From: Salpingoeca rosetta
Taxonomy: Eukaryota > Protista > Choanoflagellata
Length of the DNA: 64,000 nt
Reading direction: 5' to 3'
Assembly: GCA_033442325.1 (NCBI GenBank)
Contig: JAWQFM010000001.1
Coordinates: 1,389,535 to 1,453,534 of the forward strand
Position 1 is the first letter of the stretch; every line of letters starts with the position of its first letter. Both the position numbers and the translations under genes were made by a program. Positions 1 through 13,386 of the stretch are shown piece after piece. The notes beneath the pieces are model-generated. The model searched no databases. It was not told where the DNA came from and worked only from the letters and a program-made list of their open reading frames with translations.

Positions 1-167
<167 letters not shown>

Positions 168-220
168 CTTTCCTTCTTCTGTTCCTTGTATTCCCTCTTC
201 TTCCCTTTGCGCTACAACAG

Positions 221-352
221 CTGCAACGCGTCAAGGCGCGGCAGAAGGAGCAGGTGCAGACCCTCGATCTCCTTGCAGATGCACTGGACGAGAAGACAGC
301 GCGGCTCACAGAAAGAATTGAGGCCGTGGTCAAGTCTGTCGTGATTGTGTGA
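221..352 (+). CDS. Terminal exon of a gene starting upstream of the window; coiled-coil-like tail LQRVKARQKEQVQTLDLLADALDEKTARLTERIEAVVKSVVIV*
   Basis: Pyrimidine tract + 'caacag' acceptor, GC-ending codons, heptad-like pattern, TGA at 350-352. Phase 0 is assumed. Confidence 0.6.
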   Translation: MQRVKARQKEQVQTLDLLADALDEKTARLTERIEAVVKSVVIV

Positions 353-965
353 AGGCCAGCAAGAATGGATGGAAACAACCGCTTGCTTGTGTTGCTTGCT
401 GACTTGCTTGCAGGCATGCATACATGTCCTGGGTTGTGCTGAACAACTGTTAATCGCCCCTTGTGAACTGCTTGTTGTCATGCTATGTGATGTCACCCGA
501 TGAAGCTGGAACGTTGTAGATAAAGTAAATCATCATTCCCTGTGGGCACGCGCTGCTGGCAAGCGCGACTGCATGGAAAGGAGTTGTCTTGTACTGTAAT
601 GCATTGCCGGGCTCACTTCTTCGTTTCAAGGGTAAGAAGGACAGGAAGCGCATACGCAAAGGGGAAAGAGCAAGGGAGCAAGGTGCGCATGTGACTGTGC
701 ACATGTGTGCAAAGACAAAGCGCCCAACATGGGCCTTGTGGAACAGAACGCAGCAACATGAGCCGAGGCCACACTTCTACAACACACGATAAGACCCCCG
801 AGCAGCAAAGGTGGCCATAACGTCGGCACAAACGAGCAAGACAACTAGGCAGGCAAGACAAGAAGAAATGAGAGCCAAGGGACAACAGAAATGAGGGGGA
901 TGGGAGAACATGACGTCACACACGACAGGGCTTGGTGTGCTGGATGATGAGGAACGGCAGCAAGG

Positions 966-1010
<45 letters not shown>

Positions 1011-1050
1011 ACATGCGTGAGACAAGCGTGCAGAACGACACAGCGAGTGC

Positions 1051-4000
1051 TCAGGCCTGCGTGTGTCCGTATGGGTCAAAGTTGTCGTCGACGGTGGCGG
1101 TGGCGTAGATATCGTCGGGGCGGCGCTCCTGGATATCGTACGCGTTCGGATCCCAACGCGTCGCCTCCGGCTGCTGCGCAACGTCGTACTCCGCTGCATC
1201 CCACGTGTGCGACGCTGATGGAGAAAAGTATGGTGGTGTTTTTTGGGGGGGTTGTTTTGTTGAGGCGGGTGTTTTTGTTGGCGCGGGTGTGTTTTGTTGG
1301 CGCGGGGATGGGGGGGGGGGGGGCATGGGGTGTGATTCGAAGGTGATTGTTGGTTGGTGAGTTTCAAGGGTGACGAGCGTGACTTGTCCGCACACAACAG
1401 AAGCCCACAACACATGCGCATGAGAATTGACACCAGCACAAGCATGCACAGTGTTTCGTACGTGTTGCGCCTGGCTGCTGCGGGCGGCCAACGTCGTATG
1501 TCGCAGAGTCCCAAGCGTGCGATGCTGTTGGTGACAACATGGCACACGTGACACACCCCAAGTGACACACGTTACAAGTGTGAGTACAACCAGCATCAGT
1601 GCACAACAGCACACATCACAGCAGCGGTCAGCAAGGAAATGCTTGCTGAAGACTAGGGAGCCGCGCTCATTTCAAACTTACGCAAGACAGTCTCTTGCAC
1701 GCCTCCGCGAGTGTCCGCTGCAGAAGAAAACGCAACGACGACGATGGCAGGCAATGGGTCGAAACAGCAGGCACGTGGCAAGGAAGAAGCAGCCAGGACA
1801 CCAACGAAGGAACACATGAGTGAGATGGTTCAAGCAGCGTTGAGCCCCAAAAATGGACACGCACACACAAGCACATACATACTAACTAACCACACGCCAA
1901 CACACATACATATATCCACCCAGCATTGTGTCTGTCGGTCAGGGCGCGACACGAACTTACGCTCCATGTAGACGCTGTTCGTTTGCATCGGCTGCGCGCA
2001 TTGGAAAGAAGTCAACAGGCACGTTGAGGCAGTGTGTCAGGAGTCAACATGGTCACACATCACACATCATTCATCACATGCCGTCAAGCCACATACAAAG
2101 AAGGTCACACAACTGTTGCTTTCAAACGCAACCACGTTGCTTCGTACCTGGCGCAGAGAAGGGATGAAGGGCAGGTACTGGTTCACGTCCACAGTCTATT
2201 GCGCCAGCAAAAGCAGCGTGTAGAGAGGAGGGGGTGAGGGTGAGCAAGGAACGCTTTCCATTGTGAATTCAGCACGTGCAACCACAGGCACAATCGTCTT
2301 GATGACGCACGCACGTACACGCAGATACACTGCACATGCACCCTGATATGCACTGCACATGCACGCACGCAGACACTCGCAGAAGAATGTGTGCGCGTGA
2401 CGACTGACCTGAGGGGAATTGCTGGCTGTGTCGGCTGCACGCTGGCACAGCTGATGCACCTCAAGCATTTTCTGCGCCAGCAACAACAAGAGGTAGAAAG
2501 CGCATGAGAAGAGGCACGCACGTGTCTGTGTGTGTGCCTGTGTGTCTGTGTCTGTGTGTGTCTGTATGTCTTGCTTGTTGCTTCGGCCGTCACAGCGCAA
2601 GTCGTTGTGCCCACCACACAAACACGCACACGCACGCACACACACACACACATGCACACACACACACATGCACACACACACACAAAGACAACAGCAAACA
2701 GGCATGGGGCACGTACGGGGCGGGCAGAGGCCGGGTTGATGCAGCACTGCTTGATGACACGGAAGAGGTCGCGGGGAGCGGTTGGAATCGGGCGGGGGTG
2801 GTTGCCACGCCGGATCGTGCCCTTCACTTCCTCTGCTCACGTCGCAGCACACAGAGAGAAGGGGGAGGGGCAAGAGCAGGCACGGGTATGCATGACAAGT
2901 GTGAGGGAGTGCAGTGTTGCGGCTGTGCGGTGTGCTGCTGCTCGTAGCAGCAATAGCAGAGGGTGGTGGCAGTGGGTGGTGGTGCATTGAACTGGTTGTG
3001 GGGGGGGGGGCAAGGGAGGGCAGGTGAATGCCCAAGACGGCATAACCAGAGGGTGACGTACTGTTCATATACGGCGTTGCGCCGAGAGAAAGCACCTCCC
3101 AGAAGAGAATGCCAAACGACCACACATCGCACGACGGCTGCAACCACACACAAGAGTAAACAAAACACACGCACGCGCAAAAGCACATGGGCAAATGATG
3201 AAGGTGTGAGGCTGCGAAGCAACAAAACAGTACAAACAATAGCGGTCGGCAGTGACGTCAGCAACACCACCGCCGCCACGACGGCGACGACGACAAGCAG
3301 TAACATGAAGCCAGGCGGGTTGTGGGTTGCGTACGTGGTGCGGGTATGCTGTGTCGCCAATAATCTCCGGGGCGCACCAGCGGAGCAGGAAGTCGCCATC
3401 GGGGTGGGCCTCTGCAATCGACACTGCATCGTGCTCAACACACGACAGCTGCCACACACGACACACACACAAATATATATATATACACACACAAATACAT
3501 ACACGCGTGTTAACGTGCGGTGACCAGTTCGAGGGAGGCACGCGTCCGTGTGTGTATAAACGTGTGTCTGTTGCGCAATGAATGGGCTGCTTACCTTCCA
3601 GTTGGGGTCCGCGCCCGTGAGGATGACGTTGCCACTGCAGAAGATGACGTGATACAAAAAGAGCAAAACGTGCAGACTGTGAGTGACACTCGTGCTGAAC
3701 CCACAGATAGCCCTCGCACGAACACGCAAAACAAGCAAGCACGCACACACACACGCGCGCGCGCGCGCACACACACACACACACACACAACCACGCGCAC
3801 ACACAGACGGACACAGACGGGCACATGCACTGATTGACACGTCGCGAACATACCACGCACGAAACAAAGTAGCAAATAACATCGAGCACAAGCGACAACA
3901 ACAACAAACACCAAAACAAACGCACGCGCGCGGGGAGGAGTGGACGAGGTTTTGCTTGTGGAGCCAGACGAGGCCGCTGGCAACCTGCGTCGCGATGCGC

Positions 4001-4078
4001 AGCCGCTCAGCATGCGAAATGCCCTGACAGCAACAGCGAGGAAGAGGAGAGGGTGGGGGAGGAAGATGGTCACAAGGC

Positions 4079-4123
<45 letters not shown>

Positions 4124-6023
4124 GGACAGAGATAGACAGAGAGAGAGCAACATGCGCCACGTGAGACCGTACAAAGCATTAAAGAAGAGGTGTGAGCGCA
4201 TCCTCGCGTGCGTGTGAATGTGTTAATTTCTGTTGTTTAGTTTGTTTTGCCTTGTTTTGGTGATTGCAGAGCGTGGGCAGCGCACCTCTGGGCGCGAGTT
4301 GTCCTTGGCGCGGCATGCGCGAAGCCGCTCGTCAAGGGCGACCGTCGGCGCCGGCAGCACCAGCAGCGAACCCCGCAGGTCGCAGTGCGCAGCAGCCAGG
4401 ATTGAGTCCGGCACCACGCGCGCTTGAAGCTTCTCAAACAGGCGGATGTCCTGGCGAAGCACACGTTCGCGAGCAAGCAAATCCGAGAGCACGCACACGC
4501 ACGTGAGGTGGGGCAAAAGAACCTTTTGTGTACACCATCATTGCGGCTGTCACACCCACACGGATTGACAGCGAAGAACAAACTCGGGAGCAACAGCAGG
4601 GCTTGAAGTGGGACGTGCAAACAAATGCGCAGGCACAACACCACGACGCCGCACCTTTCGGAGCGATTCCGTGAGCAGCGTCCCAGCGCCGGGGCGGAGA
4701 GAGAAGCACCACAGCTGGCGACCCTGTGTGTGTTTCGGTGGGGTGGGGGGGGTTGAAGCCACACAGGAACAAAGGTCGTCGTGTCATGGTGAGATGGTGG
4801 GAAACCCACATGGCAAGCGACAGGGCAGTCACCACACCAAAATCAACAGGAAAGGAAACACGTGTGCACACGCGCATTCATGCACGCACGCAGCACAGCA
4901 CAGAGCAGAGCATAGCGCACCTCGTGCTGGGCGAGTTTGACGGGGCCGTAGAAGGAGGAAAAGGGGGCGTCGTGCATATCGAGAAGAGACATGTCCAGCT
5001 CATCGTACTTACCAACGGCAACCTTCTTGCCCCGACGACGGCTGATGATGACAATAATCAGCAGAATCAGCAGCAGCGCGCCGCCGCCGCCACCAGCTGC
5101 AATGGGCACGATGCTCGTGCTGGCAGAGGGCTCCTGGATGGTAATTGTTGGCGAGACGGTGCTGCTGGTTGACAGGTGGGCGGGTCGTGTGCTGCGGCTG
5201 CTCCCAGGGCCTCCAGTGCTTCCCGCTCCGCCCGTTGTCGTGAACCCGCCACCCGGATTGGTTGTCGTGCCAACAACGGTTGCCGAAGTGGACGGTGGGA
5301 TTGCGATTGTCGTTGTGGTAGTCGTTGTTGTCGTTGTTGTCGTTGTTGTCGTGGTTGTCGTGGTGGTCCTTGGAAGAGTGCTGGTCTGCAGGGCGTGGGA
5401 GCAGGACCCGCCCCCGCTGTTGCTGTCAGCAAAGCGTGACGCGTTGCGCGTAATGACAAACGCAGAGTTCTTGCCAATGCGCAGGCCAGACTTTGGCTGC
5501 AGGGTGAAGCTCCGCACCACCGTCTCCCCAGAGGTGCGGATCTCGTACCACGACCCGTTGGGATACAGCGACGTGCGCGCGTGCTGGTCTGCACACGGCA
5601 CGGCGCCGCCAATCCAGTTGCCGCTGACGTTCCAATTGCCCGTCTCGCGCCGCTCCCACACAACAGGCGCCTCCCTGTCCACGGTAACAACCCTGCGGGC
5701 GGTGACGGTGTCGTTGACGGTGACGCTCGTCACCTCAAACGTGAACGTCGTGCTGCCGTCCGCGTTGAGTGGCACGCGGCCCGTCCACTGTGTGCCAGAT
5801 ACGCTCTTGGGCGTGGTGTCGCCCTCCACCCACAGGTTGCCAGCGTCCGTGCTGGGCTGCCACTTGGCCTTGAAGGTGGTGGAGGTGAGGTCGAGCACGT
5901 CAAATGTCTCAATGACGGGGCAGGGCTCCTCGCGCTGCTTCCTGCTGAAGACAAGGCGGCCCTTGCGCTTTAAGTTGACGCGCGTCTTGCGCGAAAGCGT
6001 CAAGCGAGACACGCGAGCCTGCG

Positions 6024-6077
<54 letters not shown>

Positions 6078-6715
6078 ACGGACAGGCGAGCTTGGATAGA
6101 TAAATAGTGCTTGTGTCAACAATGATGATGGTTAAAATGGAACTGGAGAGATTTCACTGCAGTGTGGCGGATGGCCAGAGGCGTTGCAAACAGGCACACC
6201 TGCCGCACATCTCACCTCAACGGCCGGCTGAACCTCGACGTTGCGCGTGATGAGAGCGCGTTCGCAGGTGCATGGGGATCGGCCCACGCTCCAGGTGGCA
6301 GTGTCATTCCACAGCACGGGGTTCGTGGAGTCGACATCATTCACAGTGCGCACCTCTGAAAGGCACAGGGCACAAGGCAACAAGCACAGCGTTGGCAAGA
6401 GGTGAGCAGGCCTCCAAGCGCGCCAGGATCAGGATCAAAAAAGGAACTGGGGATCGCATGTCCGGACAACACCGCGATGCGAGGCAAAACGTACACGCGC
6501 GCACTGGAAGGATGTGTGCAGCCACAAGCAAAACACGCACATCACCACCAGCATCGTCATCATCAAGCCCAGCAATCGTGTGCATATCTACCTTGGGCAT
6601 CATCAAGAGATGAGCAGATGCCTTGTGCAGACGTCAAGGAGGCTGACGCCATCAGGACAGCGACCACGAGCGTGGCCAAAACGGCACTGGATCCCAGCAC
6701 CTTTGAGGCTGGCAT
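1051..6715 (-). CDS. Receptor tyrosine-kinase-like pseudokinase (signal peptide, ectodomain, Thr-rich stalk, one TM helix, degenerate TK domain, Tyr-motif tail), 16 exons
   Basis: Exons 6715-6592, 6355-6216, 6018-4921, 4723-4655, 4450-4286, 4023-3926, 3634-3595, 3448-3335, 3137-3062, 2832-2717, 2471-2409, 2195-2148, 1991-1961, 1717-1682, 1524-1462 and 1214-1051 join in frame with GT-AG introns. Signal peptide MPASKVLGSSAVLATLVVAVLMASASLTSAQ; TM ALLLILLIIVII followed by SRRR; TK motifs IATQVASGLVWLH, RWCAPE, CDVWSFGILFWEVLSLGATPY and CCINPASARP. Confidence 0.9.
4079..4123. repeat. (GTCGTG)n hexamer repeat in an intron of the receptor gene
   Basis: About 7 tandem units, visible directly. Confidence 0.9.
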
Positions 6716-7262
6716 CTTCGGTCGGGGTTGGCAAAGAACACCCACAGAGGGCACAGCTCACAGCTCACGAAACGAGGAGGGAACAAAGAGACGGTCAGTG
6801 TCTCGTGTCCCGTGTCGCGGGTTGGCTTGCTAACCAAGGCACACAAGCACCAACGGTGGGTGGTGGTGAGATGGGTGATGCTTGGCTTGCGTGGGGTGGG
6901 GCGTGTGCGCGATAATGGTGTGGTGTGCGAGGCAAAGAAGCAAGAGCAGGAAGCAAGGGAAAAAGGGAATCGCAAAACATTGCAGAAAACCTGTTGGAAT
7001 CATTAGAAGATTATCGGCTGCGACAACACGCGCGACAGACAAAGATGGTGTGTGTCTGTGTGTGTCTGTGTGCGTCTGTGTGCGTTTGTCTGTGCGTCTG
7101 TCTCACACACATACACACACACTCTCTCTCTGCCTCTCTGTATCTCTGCCAGTTTGTCTCTCCCTTTTTTCTGTGCCATGCATCATCATCGTCGCGCTCA
7201 TCAATCACATCATGCATTCATCAGCTTGTGTGTGACGCGCTTTTTGGCCGTGCATGACAGCG

Positions 7263-7263
<1 letters not shown>

Positions 7264-7342
<79 letters not shown>
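7264..7342. repeat. (CAA)n microsatellite, intergenic or 3'UTR
   Basis: Visible directly. Confidence 0.95.
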
Positions 7343-7343
<1 letters not shown>

Positions 7344-7598
7344 GCGTGAGGATGAGCATCATCAGCACCATCCATGGAAGGAATGAAAAGCAGCACACAC
7401 CATGAGACACGCCAATCAAACATGAAAAGAACCCCATTGGAAAGAAAGCGCCAAACAAAACCGCAGAAGGAACAACAGTGTGACAAAGCACAATAATGAT
7501 GTTGCTGCATCGCAAGAATGATCCGCTCTCCATTGCAAGATAGGGAAAACAACACCGCAGAGCACACACACACACACACCATGCGACGTCGTGTCGTA

Positions 7599-7654
7599 TC
7601 ACTGCACGAGCAGAATGCGGACGGTGTTGGTGTGGCCGGGCCCCGTCTGCCAAC

Positions 7655-7726
<72 letters not shown>

Positions 7727-8191
7727 TACAAATATTTTTTTTGTGGTGTGTGATTCTCACACTCTCTCTCCCTCTGCGTGTGTGTGTGGCGCTCTCTCGG
7801 CGAGGAATATCTCCAATGGCCTCTTTTTCTGGTTGCGTCTCTGTTCACCTCAGGGGCTGCATAACCCCACACAAGGGGCAATGAGTACATACACACGCAC
7901 ACTCCTGCACATATAAATAATACAGACGCACACTCCCCACACTGCCCCCGGGGGGGGGGGGGAACGCAAAATCGCCCATCACCGCCCCCTCCCCATTTCC
8001 TAACTTCTTAGCGTGCTCCAAGACAAAAATTAAACGAATGACAACTTGTCTGCGACCTTTCTATTCTGTGGTTTAGTTTAGANNNNNNNNNNNNNNNNNN
8101 NNNNNNNNNNNNNNNNNNNNNNNNNNNNNNNNNNNNNNNNNNNNNNNNNNNNNNNNNNNNNNNNNNNNNNNNNNNNNNNNNNACCACGTGT

Positions 8192-8254
<63 letters not shown>

Positions 8255-8578
8255 CACAAAACAGCAATAAGCATTGCCAATGTCTGGTTGCGTGTATGCA
8301 CACAACAAGTGCAGCACAACGCAAGAAAAGCGCAATGAGTACACACACACACACACACATGCACACACATGCACACACACGCACACACACACACTGCCGC
8401 CGCCGCACCGTGAACGCCGATGATGGTGTCGCCGCTCTTGAGGATGCCAAGCTTCTTGCCGCGCTCCATTGCCCAGAAGAAGCGGTTGTCGACATCCTGC
8501 GACCAGCTCTCCTCGGGCTGGAAAGAAAAAAAATTGTAGAGAGGCGGAGGCGTAAGGAGGCGTTTGTGAAGGTCAACG

Positions 8579-8641
<63 letters not shown>

Positions 8642-8676
8642 TGTGTGTGTGTGTGTGGTGGTGGTGTGGTGTGTGT

Positions 8677-8709
<33 letters not shown>

Positions 8710-9392
8710 TGGAGAGATGAGGGATTCAAGTGGCAAAAGGGTGAACAATCCATCGCAGACAAGAACAAGCACATCCACACACGCACGCAAACACACATGT
8801 ATGCTTCCACCCACCACACACAAACACACGCGCACGCACGCACGCGAACACACACACACACACACGCACGCAAACACACACGCACGCACACACACACACA
8901 CGAAGAACGGACCACTTTCTGCTTGCGGTAGTAGAGCGGGTGGACGCCGTGGTAGAGGTGCATCTGGCGGGAGACGTGCGTCGTGCGCGTCACACCAATG
9001 ATGGGGCACTTTGGCTTCCACTTGGACAGCAGGCGCGCAGTGCGGCCCCTGATACGCACGGATGCACACATTACACGCACACACACACACACACGTGTCA
9101 GTTATGCGCGATGTCGTGTGGCGATGATCCGATGAGCCAGTGTGCGACAGGATGAGAAGGGCGCGCACAACAGTCTTCAAACACATGGCGACTCACGAGA
9201 TGGTGAGGCAGATGATGCCGGCTGCATTGCAGGCAACAGAGGCGTCGACAGCGGCAACAGAACACGTCTCCGTCGTCTTGGTGGGCCGGGGCGTGATCTG
9301 TGCAGCGGTATTTGAGGGAGGGGAGGGTCGCACGCAGCAGGTGAGTCAAGAAACACACAAGTCACAATTGGCGCACACAGATGGCCAAGCCT

Positions 9393-9473
<81 letters not shown>

Positions 9474-10329
9474 CGTGCAGCATCACGAACCAGTCAACAA
9501 CAAAACACAGAACAAAAGAAAAGCGTTCGTGTCACCCACGCATACATATGCTCACGTGCTGCATGCATGCAAGCAACCATCGCACATAATGCGCACACAC
9601 ACACTCACACTCACTCACTCACACACTCACACTCACACACACACACACACACATACACGTACCAGGCGCAGCTCCTCGCGGTACTTCTTGAGATGGACGG
9701 CACTCTCGGCCTCCGTGCAGATGGATGCCATCATCTTCACAGCCTGTGCACATGGACGCATGCATGTTGGAATGAATAAGGAATGAACAGAAAATGAGTG
9801 CAGTGTTCGCACGCACACCAACACACACGCACGCGCACACTAATGCACACGCACACGCACACCAACACACACGCACGCGCACCAAAACACACGCACACGC
9901 ACACGCACACGCACACGCACACTAATGCACACATGCACGCACCTCGACGGGGTAGTCGCCCTTTGCTGTTTCGCCGGAGAGCATGACGCAATCGGCGCCA
10001 TCAAGCACGGCGTTGGCAACATCGCTTCCTTCCGCGCGCGTCGGGCGCGGCGCGTGCACCATCGACTCGAGCATCTGCGTCGCACAGATAACAGGCTTGC
10101 CCGCCCTTGGCCCAAGCAAACAGTGGTGTTGGTGGTGTTGGTGTTGGTGGTGGTTTGCTGGAGACAAGCATTCATCTACACACGTACACACGCACACACG
10201 CACGCACAAACAAAACCATACACACGCGCACGCAATTACATGCATGCACGTTAGCAAGGTTACATTACGTACATGTTGCACTTTGCGATCATCATCTTCT
10301 GGGCGAGGAAGACCTTTTCGGCGGGAATC

Positions 10330-10361
<32 letters not shown>

Positions 10362-11077
10362 CCCGTCCGCCTCCGACAGAATCTCGTCAAAGTTCTGGAT
10401 GCCTAATGGCAGTTGCACACCCGCACGCACACACACACACGCACACAATACGTGTGAGTGAATTTGCGCCGCACAAAACGGCAACAGAGTCTGTGTCACG
10501 TGCTGAACGGCTGCGGGTGGTATTGGCCACCTACCCAACCATCACGCCACCCACACATCGACTGGTCATTACAACAGCACACGCGCGCGCACGACATTGC
10601 ATGCACGCGACAACCAACACACCTTGGTGGTTCTCGATCTTTGCGATGATGAGCACGTGCTTGCCCTTGTCGCCGAGCACCTTGCGCAGCTCGCGAATGT
10701 CCGCCCGACTGCGGATGAACGAGGCAAACACAATGTCCACGTTCTGCTCAACTCCAAACAGCAGGTCACCTGCGCAGCGTGTGTGTGTGTGTGTGTGTGT
10801 GTGTTTGGATGGGTGAGAAAGACAAAAGAAGAGCAACGTGTGGGGGTGCATCTAAGGTGTTGCGAGAACGGGAGTGGTGTAGCGAAATAGAAGGTCAACA
10901 TTTCACGCAGCAAAGCGCAACACGCGAGCAGCACCACGGCAGCACGAGCAGACATGATAGAGACCGCACCGTGGTCCTTCTCCGAGACGGCAGGAAGATC
11001 GACGTTCACGTTGGGGAGGTTGCAGCCCTTCCTCGAGCCAAGCTTGCCGCCTGCAGTAGCGTGCAAACACATGGCGT

Positions 11078-11114
<37 letters not shown>

Positions 11115-12732
11115 AAAAGGTGAGAGGACATCAAATCCCGTGTGGAATTGAGAGTGAATCGCCATAGTCAAGACAAGCACAACAGTATAAATGCATGTAT
11201 GCATGCATGCATGTCATCCCAATGCCGTGCACGCACTGTTGAGGATGGTGCACTTGATGTTCTTGTCCTCAATGGCATCAGCGCGCAGGGAGATGAGGCC
11301 GTCATCAACGTAGATCTGGTTCCCAGGCTGCATCACTGCCACATCGAGACCACCACCACCACCACAATCACCACAATCACCACCAACATCATCATCCATT
11401 GTGAAGGGGGGGACGATGGCATGTGGATGCGAGTTCACGACCATGTGAGTTAGCGGAGCAAGGGAGACCGAATGACACTGGTGCATCGTGCAACCCCCAT
11501 GTTTGCCGCATGGAGCAAAGTTTGTTGTTGACTGTCGCACCTTTCGTGATGTTCTTGTAGTCCAGGTACAGCGTATCCTTGGTGCACTTGTCCTGTGGAA
11601 TCGAGACGCAAGTAACAACAAGACACAGCATGGTTGTGTGTGTGTGTGAACGACGAGCAAGCACACACGCTTCCCCACTCTACACACACACACCCTCCCC
11701 ATACCACTTCCTTCCTCGATGTCTCAGGTATCAAGCGGCACATGCCTTGAAAGCGGGATCGGTGGTGACGGTGATGTGCTCGCCGGCGACGAGATCAAGC
11801 TCCAGGCGCGGGTCCTTGTCGGAGCCCTCCAAAAGGCCTGTGCGGATCTCCGGGCCTTTGGTGTCCAGAGCAATGGCGATGGGCTTTCCCATCTGCTTTG
11901 CAGCCTCGCGCGCGTTGGCGATGGTCTCCGCATGGTACTGTCGTGTACACATGCATGTGTGCGTGTACGCGTGCGTGTATGTGCGTGCGTGTGAGATCGT
12001 GTTGGGGGGGGGGCCAAGAGGTGAACAGAAGTAGCCAGTGCAGTTCGCAACAAGAGGGAAAGAAGCCATGTCACGAGCAAGCAGACAGCGTCAACACAAG
12101 GCTTCATACACACACACACACACACATCTGGATACCAATCACAAGGAGACACATGCAAGGCAAGGCATGCTGTGGCGCTGTACCGCGTGGTCGCCGTGGG
12201 AGAAGTTGAGGCGAACAATGCAAAGGCCTGCCTCCATCAGCTGCCGCAGCTTCTCCACAGATCGGGACACGGGGCCTGCCGCCAAGCAAAGACACGTACG
12301 CACACACACACGCACGCATGCACGCGCATATGACTGTGAATGGACATGCACCAAGAAGAAGAAGCGGCAGCAGAAGCATGTAGGCGTGCATGCGCGCAGC
12401 ACCAGCGGCTGCAAAAACGGCGAGGATGTAACAACGGCAGGGGGTGCAGCCACCATCCTACCACTGTCATGAGTTGTTACTTCTCTCGCTCACCACCCAT
12501 ATATACATATTTCATTGACACGCTAATCACAGACAGTAGTAACACATCCATCCATCAGCGTGTGTGATCAGCACGACCCACCGATGGTGCAGATGATGCC
12601 GGTCTTGCGCTGGTGGATAGGCTCGCTGTACACGCTCAGGCTGCCGCGCAGCTCCAGATCCGTTGAGGCAGTGTGCGCCTCAAGCTGGCCTGGAAGCACG
12701 CCGTCCTTGCTGCTGCGGGCACTCATGCTCAT
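7599..12732 (-). CDS. PK: Pyruvate kinase, multi-exon (start codon approximate)
   Basis: Exon peptides [153 protein letters not shown]. The last exon 7654-7599 ([18 protein letters not shown]) lies beyond the N gap. Confidence 0.97.
8083..8182. other. Assembly gap (100 N) inside the last pyruvate kinase intron
   Basis: N run; the flanking exons join in frame across it. Confidence 0.99.
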
Positions 12733-13386
12733 GCTGTTGGTTGTAATGTAAGCGTCGCTGGATCTGCTGGGTTGCTGGGTTGCTCGTGGCTTGCTTGGTC
12801 GCTGACAGTGTCTGCTTTTGTGGGTTGGTTCGTGGGTGTGAGAATGGAAACTGTGAATGGTGGTGTGTTTGTGATTTGTGTGATTTGTGCGTTTGCCCAC
12901 TTTGTGCGGGTTGTCTGCTCTTGCTTCTTCGATTGGGGCCAATAAATGTCAATTTTGCTTTTCTCAAAAGGCAATTTTGACTTGACAACGACTGCGCCGA
13001 TAACGACAACACAACAACAACAACCAACCAACCCCCAAGCCCTCAAGAAGCAAACATGAGCAGCGGCCACGATGTTGGCAGGTGAGCGCGCGGATGAACG
13101 AGCGAGGAGGGGCGGAGATGCAGTGCACATGTGGGTTTCCCCTTGACCCCATGTGTTTAGAATGTGGGCGTCCTCCGTTCACGTTCACACACATTCACAT
13201 CGCACACGCGCGCGCGTGGACGTACATACACACACACACACGCACACACACGTGCTCACACACACACACACACGCACACACACGTGCTCACACACACACA
13301 CGCACACACACGCTCACACACGCTCACACGCACGCACGCACACACACACACACACGCACACCTGCACGTTTACATTCACAAGGGAA

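Noticed and set aside
212-496. Minus-strand 94-aa ORF
   Set aside because: The plus-strand reading has a proper acceptor and better codon usage; this is an antisense shadow.
4991-6103. 370-aa plus-strand ORF
   Set aside because: Antisense shadow of the large receptor exon.
7725-8082. Compositionally odd segment with a poly-G run next to the N gap
   Set aside because: Most likely low-quality contig-end sequence inside a pyruvate kinase intron; no recognisable element.
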